In this document: positions 56,039 through 64,000 of the stretch, piece after piece
Numbering within the stretch: the first letter of the stretch is position 1
How the letters are laid out: every line of letters begins with the position of its first letter
IMG/VR virus record: IMGVR_UViG_3300023281_001121
Span: 6,250-70,249 of that record
DNA: 64,000 bases
Strand: one strand, 5' to 3'
Source of the DNA: a virus
Notes under the pieces: model-generated
Databases searched by the model: none
What the model saw: the letters and a program-made list of their open reading frames with translations, nothing else
What the model was told of the DNA's origin: nothing
Position numbers and translations under genes: made by a program

Positions 56039-57058
56039 TTAGTAATTCCTTGAATCCAGATACTTATCCGCTTCCGCCTTCGGCAGCTTGGAAAGAGCAG
56101 CCTCCAGGTCCATGCCTTCCAGCTTGTCGATCGCGGAGAACTGATCGCTCGTTTCCTCGTCCTCTGCGGCGGCAGGCACATCTGCCAGCGTCTTTGGCGG
56201 GGCACCCTGAGGCTTGTCCTCGATCTCCTTCTCGATGGCCTCTGCCTTTTTCTCGTCGTCAGGCTTGCCCTCGTCAACAGGCTTCGTGATATTGAAGGCC
56301 TCGCGCACCTGGCCAGCCGCTTCACGCAGGAACCAGCGATACGGCTTACCCTGGTTCTCATCGACCTTGTACATCTCGTCGAGCGCACCACGCAACGCAC
56401 CGTAGATCACAGGATTCTTGAATTCATCGTTCTCCTCGATGAAGCGTTCAACTTCCCACGACCAATGCTGGTCAGCACTCACCTCGTTGTTCGCGGAGAC
56501 GAATTCGGCCTCACGCTTGTTGGCTGTGAGTTCGCTTAGCTTGGTTGTCAGCGTACGGTTTTCTTTCGCATGCGCCGCATACTCAATCTCGCCGTCTTCA
56601 AGCTTCTTGTCGAGCGCCTCGATGGCGTCGTTAGTCGCAGTCAGCTGCTCTTCGAAGTCCTCCGGTATCCCGCGTGCGAGTAGCTGCTGCCGGAACGAAT
56701 CGACGACTGGCGGCGGCGCAGGCTCGTCTGCTGGCGTCTCGTCCGTCTTCGCGTCAGCGGCAGGCGTGCCTTCATCGGCAGGCTTCGCGTCAGCGGCAGG
56801 CTTCTCGTCAGCAGGCTTCTCGTCTTCCGCTGGCGTGTCCTTAGGGTCGGCAGCGGCGGCGGCTGGCTCGTCGTCGGACGCCTGGGGAAGATCATCCGGC
56901 TTAGAGTCAGCTTCGCCGCCGCCGCCGTCTGAATCGTCGGCAGCAGCTGTAGATGATTCTTCGCCGGTTCCCTCTGAGTCCTCTTCTTCCAATGCCGCGA
57001 TCTCCTCTTCCGAGAGTCCCGCGTGCGAGATCTGTTCGTCTGTCACTTTAGTATTCAT
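56039..57058 (-). CDS. capsid scaffolding protein
   Basis: Highly acidic, between portal and MCP; C-terminal APPKTLADVPAA...IDKLEGMDLEAAL. Confidence 0.75.
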   Translation of the reverse strand: MNTKVTDEQISHAGLSEEEIAALEEEDSEGTGEESSTAAADDSDGGGGEADSKPDDLPQASDDEPAAAAADPKDTPAEDEKPADEKPAADAKPADEGTPAADAKTDETPADEPAPPPVVDSFRQQLLARGIPEDFEEQLTATNDAIEALDKKLEDGEIEYAAHAKENRTLTTKLSELTANKREAEFVSANNEVSADQHWSWEVERFIEENDEFKNPVIYGALRGALDEMYKVDENQGKPYRWFLREAAGQVREAFNITKPVDEGKPDDEKKAEAIEKEIEDKPQGAPPKTLADVPAAAEDEETSDQFSAIDKLEGMDLEAALSKLPKAEADKYLDSRNY

Positions 57059-57084
57059 GCGTCACTCCTGCGACTGCTATGGGG

Positions 57085-59331
57085 TTATTGAACGACTCCG
57101 TTGCCATTGGCTGGTGGACGTTGAGGTTGGTCGAGGGGAACGATTGACCCGCTATTGTTCGGGGCAACCTCACCGCTCTCTTCTTTGAAACTGGCGAATA
57201 ATTCATCTACTGCTGCAGCCAGCTGCGGATTCGCAGCCAGCCGTTCTGCAATCTCCATGGCCTTGGCCATTGCCTCGCCTTCGGCGCGTGCTGCGTCGGA
57301 GGTGGTCTTCGCGGAACGTGTGGTCTTCGTCTCGATGTCCGCTTCCTGGTCGCGGATCTCTCGATCGCGATCTTCGGCTTTGGTCGCCTCGCGTGCCTTC
57401 AGCTGCTCTTCAGCATCTGGCGCATCCGGATCGGTCTGTCCGTTAAGCTCACGTATGCGGCGAACCATCTCGTCGCGACCCGGAACGTCAACCAACTCAA
57501 CAACGAGATCCAGCAGTTGCAGCTGGACGTCTGCCTCGAACTGGCCGAGCAGGTTCATCATGGACTCGAACATCGCCAGACGTAACGTCTCGCGGAAGTC
57601 CTGGGTGTCGACGATGAAGTCAGCCTTACTGCGAGCGATGTTGTTCTCGATCTCCGTGCCGTCGTCTGTTTGCTGCGGCATGTTGATGTTGAGAAAATCA
57701 CCGACGCCGCGATCGTTGGTGATTCGGATCACCTTCGGTTCGGTGTAATACTGCTCTGTCAGAGCGAGCTTCTTCTCACCATGCAGCTGAATCGCATAGC
57801 GTAAGTTATCGAACAGGTCTGCGGTCACTACGCTACCTTGCGTCTGCCGCAGATTGATGGCTTTACCAGAGACAGCGTTCGTCACTTCCCCACGGTTTTC
57901 TTCAGTGACTCCTGAAGTGTTCTCCAGGAACTGCATGTCCTGAACCATCAAATTGACATGTTCTTTCGCGATCGTCGTATCGTTCTGGATCTCGAACTCG
58001 GAGCCACGGATCTTCTTGATGATCCCGTCTGGGCGAGCGACCTGCTCTTCAGCCTCATCCCAATCTTCTACGGCATCGTCATCAGCGATGACTCTGTTCG
58101 TCGACAGAATGTGCAAGGCCTTCGATCGGCGCTTGTTCAGATCCTCCTGCGGATCTCGCATGTTACGGATAACACCGTAGGGCTGGTTGTCACGGTCTCG
58201 CTTGAATGCCCAGACCGGCGTGAACGGAAACTTGTCGTGCAGGTACGGTGACGGCATGTCCTGCAGAAGACCCTTGTTGACGAACATCGCAACGTGGACC
58301 TTCATGCGGACTGCGTCATACACCGACGCGTGACCGTCCGCGATCAGACCGTCGATCGCAGGAGTCGACTGCCCGTCCATCTCGCGACCGTTCATGCGCA
58401 TCATCTGGCCACGGAACTGCTCAGACATGAGCGGGTGAACCCTGGTCCTGAGGAGCTTCACTCTGTGAGGTTGCCGGTACCAGCACTCGATCAGGCGAAC
58501 ACGCTTGCGTCGAATACCAATATGGAACGAGTCGTTGAACATCGCGCGACCAGACTGGATGGTCGTCGACCCTGGTGTGTACGCGTGGTAGAGACCGTTG
58601 AAGCCAAGGTCATCGTCCTCCGAGAAGGAGAACAGCTGGTGCGATATGGACGACTGTCGAATCGTCTCTTTACGATCGGGGAACATCGTCATCGCAATGT
58701 CTTCATCGACCCACTTCGATCGGAAGATGAAGCGCGAATCGCTGTTGTCAGGTTCCTTGGCGAGCGGATCGTTCCACATGTTTCGCCATGACTCCCATCG
58801 ATCGAAGAGAGGCTCTTCCGTGGGGTCACTTCGAATCCCGCATTCCAGCCAGCCGCAACCGACTTTGACCGCATCAGCAAACGCAAACGATCGATGCATC
58901 GATGCGTGGTTGATGTCGTCCGTGTACTTTAGGAGCTTCGTCTTGGTCTGTGCTGGCTTGCTGTCTTCCTTCTCGCGTCCGTGAATTTTGAAGTCCACGC
59001 GCGTGCGCCGCTCCGTGCCAAGTATCCACCGGACATGTTGCTGGACGATATTAAAGACCAGCGGAGCCTGACCGCGTTCGCGCAGGACTTCGGCGTCATC
59101 ATCTCGCCACTGCAGACCATCGAAGAAATCGGCATCCAGTGACTGTTCGAACCGATTGTCTGAAGCGGATACGCGAGCCTCATGCCACCATTCCTTCAGC
59201 TTGCGCTCTTTGGCCTTGCCTTCTTGACTGTCTAGCGGGTTGAGTTGCTCCTTCTCGACGGGGGTATCGGGCGTGCGCAGTGCGAACGGGATATGTTCTT
59301 TGCGTACACCGATTTCCATTGAAGCAACCAT
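57085..59331 (-). CDS. portal protein, P22-like
   Basis: DADFFDGLQW, PLVFNIVQQHVRWILGTE, FPFTPVW, MRDPQEDLNKRRSKALH. Confidence 0.9.
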   Translation of the reverse strand: MVASMEIGVRKEHIPFALRTPDTPVEKEQLNPLDSQEGKAKERKLKEWWHEARVSASDNRFEQSLDADFFDGLQWRDDDAEVLRERGQAPLVFNIVQQHVRWILGTERRTRVDFKIHGREKEDSKPAQTKTKLLKYTDDINHASMHRSFAFADAVKVGCGWLECGIRSDPTEEPLFDRWESWRNMWNDPLAKEPDNSDSRFIFRSKWVDEDIAMTMFPDRKETIRQSSISHQLFSFSEDDDLGFNGLYHAYTPGSTTIQSGRAMFNDSFHIGIRRKRVRLIECWYRQPHRVKLLRTRVHPLMSEQFRGQMMRMNGREMDGQSTPAIDGLIADGHASVYDAVRMKVHVAMFVNKGLLQDMPSPYLHDKFPFTPVWAFKRDRDNQPYGVIRNMRDPQEDLNKRRSKALHILSTNRVIADDDAVEDWDEAEEQVARPDGIIKKIRGSEFEIQNDTTIAKEHVNLMVQDMQFLENTSGVTEENRGEVTNAVSGKAINLRQTQGSVVTADLFDNLRYAIQLHGEKKLALTEQYYTEPKVIRITNDRGVGDFLNINMPQQTDDGTEIENNIARSKADFIVDTQDFRETLRLAMFESMMNLLGQFEADVQLQLLDLVVELVDVPGRDEMVRRIRELNGQTDPDAPDAEEQLKAREATKAEDRDREIRDQEADIETKTTRSAKTTSDAARAEGEAMAKAMEIAERLAANPQLAAAVDELFASFKEESGEVAPNNSGSIVPLDQPQRPPANGNGVVQ

Positions 59332-59338
59332 GGCTGTC

Positions 59339-59692
59339 CTACGTCACGTAATCCCGAAGAGAACCGACAATGCCACTGAATAGATCATCTTTGATCTTTT
59401 GTTCAAGGGGCAAGTCGTCATAATCGACAAGACAGGGATGCTGGCGGTTCTGGTGATCGATGATTGGGCCTACGGTATATCCGTCAGCACGCATGTCAGC
59501 CAGCCAGTTTTCGTGCATCTGTGCAGGCGTCGTCTCTGGATGTTTGAGCTTCAGCGTCACCCCGTTCATGATTCGTTCTTGCTGATCGATCGGCAGTATG
59601 TCCCAGCCTTCTGCGACCACGTCGCCATTGATGGCCTGAACGACTCGGTTAGCTTCGTGACAAGTCTGCGCAACTTCTGCAATTTCCATCAC
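59339..59692 (-). CDS. RyR-domain phage protein
   Basis: MHENWL...G..GPIID...QHPCLVDYDDLPLEQKIKD. Confidence 0.8.
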   Translation of the reverse strand: MMEIAEVAQTCHEANRVVQAINGDVVAEGWDILPIDQQERIMNGVTLKLKHPETTPAQMHENWLADMRADGYTVGPIIDHQNRQHPCLVDYDDLPLEQKIKDDLFSGIVGSLRDYVT

Positions 59693-60177
59693 ATATCCTT
59701 TCTTGCTTCTTCTAGTGGAGTCGCTACCGGAGTGTAGTCTTCGGTGCTGTTGATGGTGTCAGGCTCGATGTCCTCAGATATTTCGAATACCTGATCGCCG
59801 ACCTGCATGGTGCCCTCGACGTGAGCGCCTTCCGGCTTGTCCGTCTTCATCGGCTTCATGTTGATCAGATCTTCCAGGCAATCCATGATCGCCTCGGCAA
59901 TGCGATAGCGCGTCATGATGTCGTCACCAAGACCGAGCATAGCTTCGATCACGGACGACGCGCGCACCATGTACTGGGAATGACCTGAGTTTGGTGATTC
60001 TACGTCGTCAACGTATTTCCACGCAGACTCCTGCGTGACGACGTAAGCACGTTTGCGCACCGCGAGGAACCGATGCGCCCTGATGACCAGGGCTGGCTCT
60101 TCGTCGACATACTGAAAATTGATGTCGAAGTCGCCGAAATTCCTGGTCTTTACAATCGTGGGATGGATCTTGGGCAC
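59689..60177 (-). CDS. conserved hypothetical protein between terminase and portal
   Basis: EPALVI...AYVVTQESAWKY...IAEAIMDCLEDLINMKP. Confidence 0.65.
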   Translation of the reverse strand: MPKIHPTIVKTRNFGDFDINFQYVDEEPALVIRAHRFLAVRKRAYVVTQESAWKYVDDVESPNSGHSQYMVRASSVIEAMLGLGDDIMTRYRIAEAIMDCLEDLINMKPMKTDKPEGAHVEGTMQVGDQVFEISEDIEPDTINSTEDYTPVATPLEEARKDM

Positions 60178-60179
60178 GA

Positions 60180-60404
60180 TCAGGGCTTCCGCATCTTCTC
60201 TCCTCGGTCAGTAGTTTGTGGATGTCGAGCCGATTGTTTTTGTATGCTGCTGCCCGGCTCTGGCAGGCTTACTTTGCCACGCAATTGCTGAGATTCCAAG
60301 CCAGCCTCCCAGCGCGCCCGCCAGTCAACGCGTTCCCGGTAGGGAACAATGACCCGTTTGCGGGACTTGTGGTAGTTCGTCGAGTTGCCTCGTCGTGTGC
60401 CCAT
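60180..60404 (-). CDS. small basic hypothetical protein
   Basis: Operon-filling ORF with GGAGGA SD. Confidence 0.45.
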   Translation of the reverse strand: MGTRRGNSTNYHKSRKRVIVPYRERVDWRARWEAGLESQQLRGKVSLPEPGSSIQKQSARHPQTTDRGEKMRKP

Positions 60405-60455
60405 GAGCTAATCCTCCGCTCCTGCCACACCCCACAACTCCGGATAAGAACACCA

Positions 60456-61964
60456 CTATGCCGTCCTCCAGTTCGTTTTTTTCTTCCGCCTGCCCTTCGT
60501 CGCACTTGGGGCTTTGTAGCCAACGGCGAACTGCTCAAAAGCTTTCGCGCCGTGCGATGACCAGTCATGAAGTGGCTTCGTTTTGAAGCACCCCATCTTG
60601 TCGTCCCACTCCTTGCGGTAGTGATCGAGGCATTTAATCAGACCGGCGCAGTTGGCCTGGTCGAACCAGCATGTTGGTAGTATCGAGCGGACGGCATCGA
60701 CCCCATCCATCTCGTCTTCAATTCTGGGAACAACCCTGAGCGGGCGCACGCCGAGTTTCAGCAGCGACTCTCGCCGGGTGACGCCGGAAGACATCTCGCG
60801 CACCTCAACGTCATGCGGAAGGAAATGATTGCCATAGGTGTATGGCAGTTCCTGCAGCTTACGTTTGTAGTGCGACAATGCCTCGCCGGTCGCGGAGTAG
60901 TAGTCGATGAAGCGATGTTCTAATCCGTATCGTTGATGAAATGCGATACAGGTTTCGTCAGCCATTCCGAGATCCCAGAACGTGTTAACTGGGAGTCGCG
61001 GATCGTAAGGTACTCTGCAAATGTGCTTGTTCATTCGCAGCCAGTTCATCTGATGCTTGTAGTACGCTCCCTCGATCGACGCACGGAATGCTTCGTCCGG
61101 CGTTGACGGGAACTCACGGAGCATGTACTCGCCCTGCTCCATCTTCTTTTTCACGTACCAACGTCTCTGACCATCGGTCAGTTTCTCGCCAATCGTGGCT
61201 TCGGTCTCTTCGAAGTATTCTTCGTCGTCGCGAGTTATAACGACGGATTGAGCCATCTCTGGTGGGAGCGCGTACGCAGGCTCTCTCCACCACGGGAAGA
61301 AATGAAATTTCCAGTCCAACGTACTGAGCGGCACGCCCATGCGTTCGTTGTCGCGAGCCTGCTCACAGATCTCATAGAAGTGGCCGAAGGAACCCTCGGC
61401 GGTTGACTCAACCGTAACGCACTGTCCGGCCTGGACGGTGTTGAGTGCGCCTGTGCGCACCTCTGACGCTTTCTCTGGATACTTGGCGCAGAGCTTCCCG
61501 TACTCGGAGATGTGCAGATAGTTGAGCGTGCCTGAACGCATCGAGGTACCGACGCGAATCGACGAGTCGTTGCTGAACAGATATTCGTTGGTGGTGTCTT
61601 GCCTGGGATTCAGGTAAGCGCGGATCTGATCTGGAAGGTGTTCGTATGGGAATTTGACCTTAGTCTGGAAGATGACCTTCGCGTCTTCCCTGGTGTGAGC
61701 GATGATGCCGCAGCGAGTGTTTGCGTAGAAGCAAGCGTTATCCAGGAGGAGGATGTCTATGAACGTCGTCATCCCCAGCTGTCTCGCTTTCAGGATCACG
61801 TTCATGTACCAGAAGTTCTCCAACAACTGCTCTTGCGCCCAGTTGAGCTTGAAGAGGACCTCGTCCCCCTGCTTGTCCTGGATCTTGTACAAGTTGTTGA
61901 GCCGCCACAGCTGGTCCTGGAAGCTGTCGGCTACCGTCTTGAGTTGTACTGTTGAGTCGGCCAA
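60456..61964 (-). CDS. terL: terminase large subunit
   Basis: KARQLGMTT, LHISEYGK, ESTAEG, TFWDLGMAD, HDWSSHGA; TTG at 61964 follows GGAGG (track start 61988). Confidence 0.93.
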   Translation of the reverse strand: MADSTVQLKTVADSFQDQLWRLNNLYKIQDKQGDEVLFKLNWAQEQLLENFWYMNVILKARQLGMTTFIDILLLDNACFYANTRCGIIAHTREDAKVIFQTKVKFPYEHLPDQIRAYLNPRQDTTNEYLFSNDSSIRVGTSMRSGTLNYLHISEYGKLCAKYPEKASEVRTGALNTVQAGQCVTVESTAEGSFGHFYEICEQARDNERMGVPLSTLDWKFHFFPWWREPAYALPPEMAQSVVITRDDEEYFEETEATIGEKLTDGQRRWYVKKKMEQGEYMLREFPSTPDEAFRASIEGAYYKHQMNWLRMNKHICRVPYDPRLPVNTFWDLGMADETCIAFHQRYGLEHRFIDYYSATGEALSHYKRKLQELPYTYGNHFLPHDVEVREMSSGVTRRESLLKLGVRPLRVVPRIEDEMDGVDAVRSILPTCWFDQANCAGLIKCLDHYRKEWDDKMGCFKTKPLHDWSSHGAKAFEQFAVGYKAPSATKGRRKKKTNWRTA

Positions 61965-62562
61965 TCGTGCCTCCAGACTTATTGCCAATGAGGTCCATCA
62001 GCTTAGCGACTCCATCGGCATCAATCTTGTCCTGCTGGAAGTATCCCAGTATCCGAGCGATCGAGTCCAGTGCGCCCTTCTTATCGACCATCTTAATTCG
62101 CGTCGTGTGGCCGACAACCTTGCGCTCATCACCGCGACCGTCGTACTCGGTGTACACATCCAGCTGCGCTATCGCGCGTCTCGCCATCTCCGGGATGTCT
62201 TGGATCTGCCGCAGCGATCCGTACTCATCGAACATCTCTGCCGGGTCGAACATGCCGATGCATGCGAGTTCTTTGAGGATGTCTTCCTGCTTGAGTTCGA
62301 GCTTCTCGCGCATTTTCCGGCGACGCAACGAGAGGTACCGTTGAACCTGCGGACGTCGGTAGATTTTGTAGACGCCGCGATCGACGCTCTGCATGCTCTT
62401 CGAACTGTAGCCAGCCTGCTGGTAGGCCTTGCGACGGTTCTGATCTGGGTCAGCAAGCAGATGATCGCAGAAGCGACGCTCTTTGGTAGTTAACCCGTAC
62501 TCGTCCGTGGCAGCATGGCGCTGCCGCCTCAATACCGCTTTTGTGTTACCCAATCCGCCCAT
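61738..62562 (-). CDS. terS: terminase small subunit
   Basis: LTTKERRFCDHLL...AYQQAGYS...V..YL; ILKELACIG...; KMVDKKGALDSIARILG. Confidence 0.85.
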   Translation of the reverse strand: MGGLGNTKAVLRRQRHAATDEYGLTTKERRFCDHLLADPDQNRRKAYQQAGYSSKSMQSVDRGVYKIYRRPQVQRYLSLRRRKMREKLELKQEDILKELACIGMFDPAEMFDEYGSLRQIQDIPEMARRAIAQLDVYTEYDGRGDERKVVGHTTRIKMVDKKGALDSIARILGYFQQDKIDADGVAKLMDLIGNKSGGTIGRLNSTTQDGSRQLPGPAVAAQQLVQDPGQAGGRGPLQAQLGARAVVGELLVHERDPESETAGDDDVHRHPPPG

Positions 62563-63067
62563 GTTCCGAGATGCTAATCAACGTCCGCTGATTATCCTTG
62601 TTCCTTACGACAGTCTGAAAGTAGTCAGGTTTTATTATCACATCCGGGGTGTCGTTGGCCAGGTAACCGAGATGCACCAGGCCATCGATTATTGGTTTCA
62701 TGCCGCCGACGAGGTTGTCGCCGTCGAGTTCACGGATGCCACGCCGCTCGATTTGGAGCGTAGCAGACTGAATCGGCTTACCGAACTTTCCTAACCCGTA
62801 ATGATGAATCGTGGCCGCATGGAGACGCTTGAGCCAGGCGTCTTTTATTTTCCAGTACGCCCGCCACGACTTAAAGACCCAATCGTTCGGAGTGGGCGTT
62901 GGGACGAAGCAGGTGATTGAGAACCGCCGTTGGTCCGCTTTGGTTTTGAGACTCGATTCGCCGATTCTTTCAGCTGCGCCAGCATGCTTGCGGTGGCCTC
63001 TTGAACTGTTCCCGCTACCTTTTTGGAAGCGTTTATAATCATTTGCCGTCGCTCTGCGCATCCGCAC
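62546..63067 (-). CDS. rusA: RusA-like Holliday junction resolvase
   Basis: RELDGDNLVGGMKPIIDGLVHLGYLANDT matches the RusA DxDN..K...D.L...G...DD motif. Confidence 0.75.
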   Translation of the reverse strand: MRMRRATANDYKRFQKGSGNSSRGHRKHAGAAERIGESSLKTKADQRRFSITCFVPTPTPNDWVFKSWRAYWKIKDAWLKRLHAATIHHYGLGKFGKPIQSATLQIERRGIRELDGDNLVGGMKPIIDGLVHLGYLANDTPDVIIKPDYFQTVVRNKDNQRTLISISEHGRIG

Positions 63068-63073
63068 CCCATA

Positions 63074-63283
63074 CTATCGACCGCCAGCAGCCTCTCGCCT
63101 TTTCTTGCCACGGTCGATCGCTGCTTGGCGTCCCGCCCGACCTCTCTCGATCGCCGCCGCTCGATCTGTCGCGCCTCGATGCTGAGGAGCGTCAGGCGGA
63201 CGCGGTAAGACTTCGCCTCTGAAGAGACTCCTCGCCCGCTGAAGCAGCGTCCTCTTCTTCGGTCTGGGGATCGGTTCTGCCAT
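63074..63283 (-). CDS. small Arg-rich basic protein
   Basis: 69 aa; TAATG overlap with the upstream ORF. Confidence 0.55.
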   Translation of the reverse strand: MAEPIPRPKKRTLLQRARSLFRGEVLPRPPDAPQHRGATDRAAAIERGRAGRQAAIDRGKKRREAAGGR

Positions 63284-64000
63284 TACGCAAACTCCCTGTC
63301 TCGCTCAAAGTCTTGCCTGGTACGACCGCCAGGTCTTGGCGGTGCTACCAGGGCGAGGTTCGGCGAGCGGTCTGACCCTGAAGGGCCTCTGCTCGACGAT
63401 GGTGGACGACCACCTCGACCACGCGCCTGAACCGCAGGAGTTCTCGTTCCTGAGACTCCGCTAGGACGGTCGGCTGGATCTGCTTTGAAGCTCTCGGAGA
63501 ACGCACCTCTGAAAAACTTCTCTCTGAATGCTGACGCTGTTGGATCGTTGCGCTGCTTACCGAAGAATCGTTGTTGCGCCTCGCGCGTCGCCCGGTCTTG
63601 CGTGTCAGGTGCATTTGATACTTGCGCGACCGAAGGCTCGAACCCAGACGTTGAGACACTTTTCAGATTGGCTCCAGTCTGCGGGCCTCTGTCAGCAGTG
63701 CGGGTGAAATCGCCTCTGCTTTCGCGGCCAGTAAGTCGGCTGGCTTCATTCGATCGACCAACGAGCGAGTTCTCGTTCCGAAACTGAGAACCCGTATCAT
63801 CGATAGCGGCAGCGAACCTCTCCTGGCTTCCTCTATTCGCCGCTGCTATCGCGCTGTTTTTCGGGCTGAACTTATCCGCTGTCTCAGCGAAACGGCTGGC
63901 GAACCCTTGACGGCTCGCCTGCTGAGCTTGAGCAAGTCCGCTGTTTGTCGGACTGAAATTTGCCGATGATTCAGCGAATCTGTTAGCGAAACCGGCGCGG
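63283..64000 (-). CDS. low-complexity repeat protein, truncated at window end (>238 aa)
   Basis: Own translation from 63999, open to TAA at 63285-63283; ~28-aa repeats GFAxRFAEx(S/A)xxFSPxNS. Confidence 0.6.
   Translation of the reverse strand, partial: RAGFANRFAESSANFSPTNSGLAQAQQASRQGFASRFAETADKFSPKNSAIAAANRGSQERFAAAIDDTGSQFRNENSLVGRSNEASRLTGRESRGDFTRTADRGPQTGANLKSVSTSGFEPSVAQVSNAPDTQDRATREAQQRFFGKQRNDPTASAFREKFFRGAFSESFKADPADRPSGVSGTRTPAVQARGRGGRPPSSSRGPSGSDRSPNLALVAPPRPGGRTRQDFERDREFA

Noticed and set aside
1-64000. Window as a complete circularly permuted genome
   Set aside because: The ORFs truncated at the left and right ends do not join into one plausible protein, so sequence is missing between them.

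Overview
The whole window is a 64-kb segment of one tailed dsDNA phage genome, about 60% GC by eye, with an acidic proteome and genes cut at both ends, so it is not a complete genome. Its architecture resembles Bcep22/F116-type podoviruses: N4-gp56-family major capsid protein, P22-like portal, and a giant LPD38-containing injected protein. Three blocks are visible. (1) A leftward Cro-like / DUF1376 initiator / DUF6475 replication unit, with iterons inside the initiator gene and a G-rich, CG-depleted zone that may be a genome end. (2) A rightward early operon (2.8-15.9 kb) with an AAA ATPase / DUF3150-like / metallopeptidase-vWA trio, many small genes, a Cas4/AddB-like nuclease, RecT, CsrA and a Rad50-like ATPase, punctuated by a repeated covarying hairpin. 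(3) A long leftward late region (16-64 kb): RusA, terminase, portal, scaffold, capsid, a very large tail/adhesin module, ejection proteins and lysis genes. The most striking feature is five paralogous lectin-like tail proteins, with the gene after each paralog block encoding a repeat scaffold that carries short xR(V/L)xxxxx(E/K/Q)(V/A)L motifs; these may be docking sites of a modular multi-receptor-binding apparatus. Also notable are a TrmL-like SPOUT methyltransferase inside the tail module, two CsrA-fold genes and a hidden membrane mini-ORF at the end of the lysis cassette. No integrase, CI repressor, tRNA, CRISPR array or reverse transcriptase was seen. All family assignments are from motif recognition by eye, not database searches.
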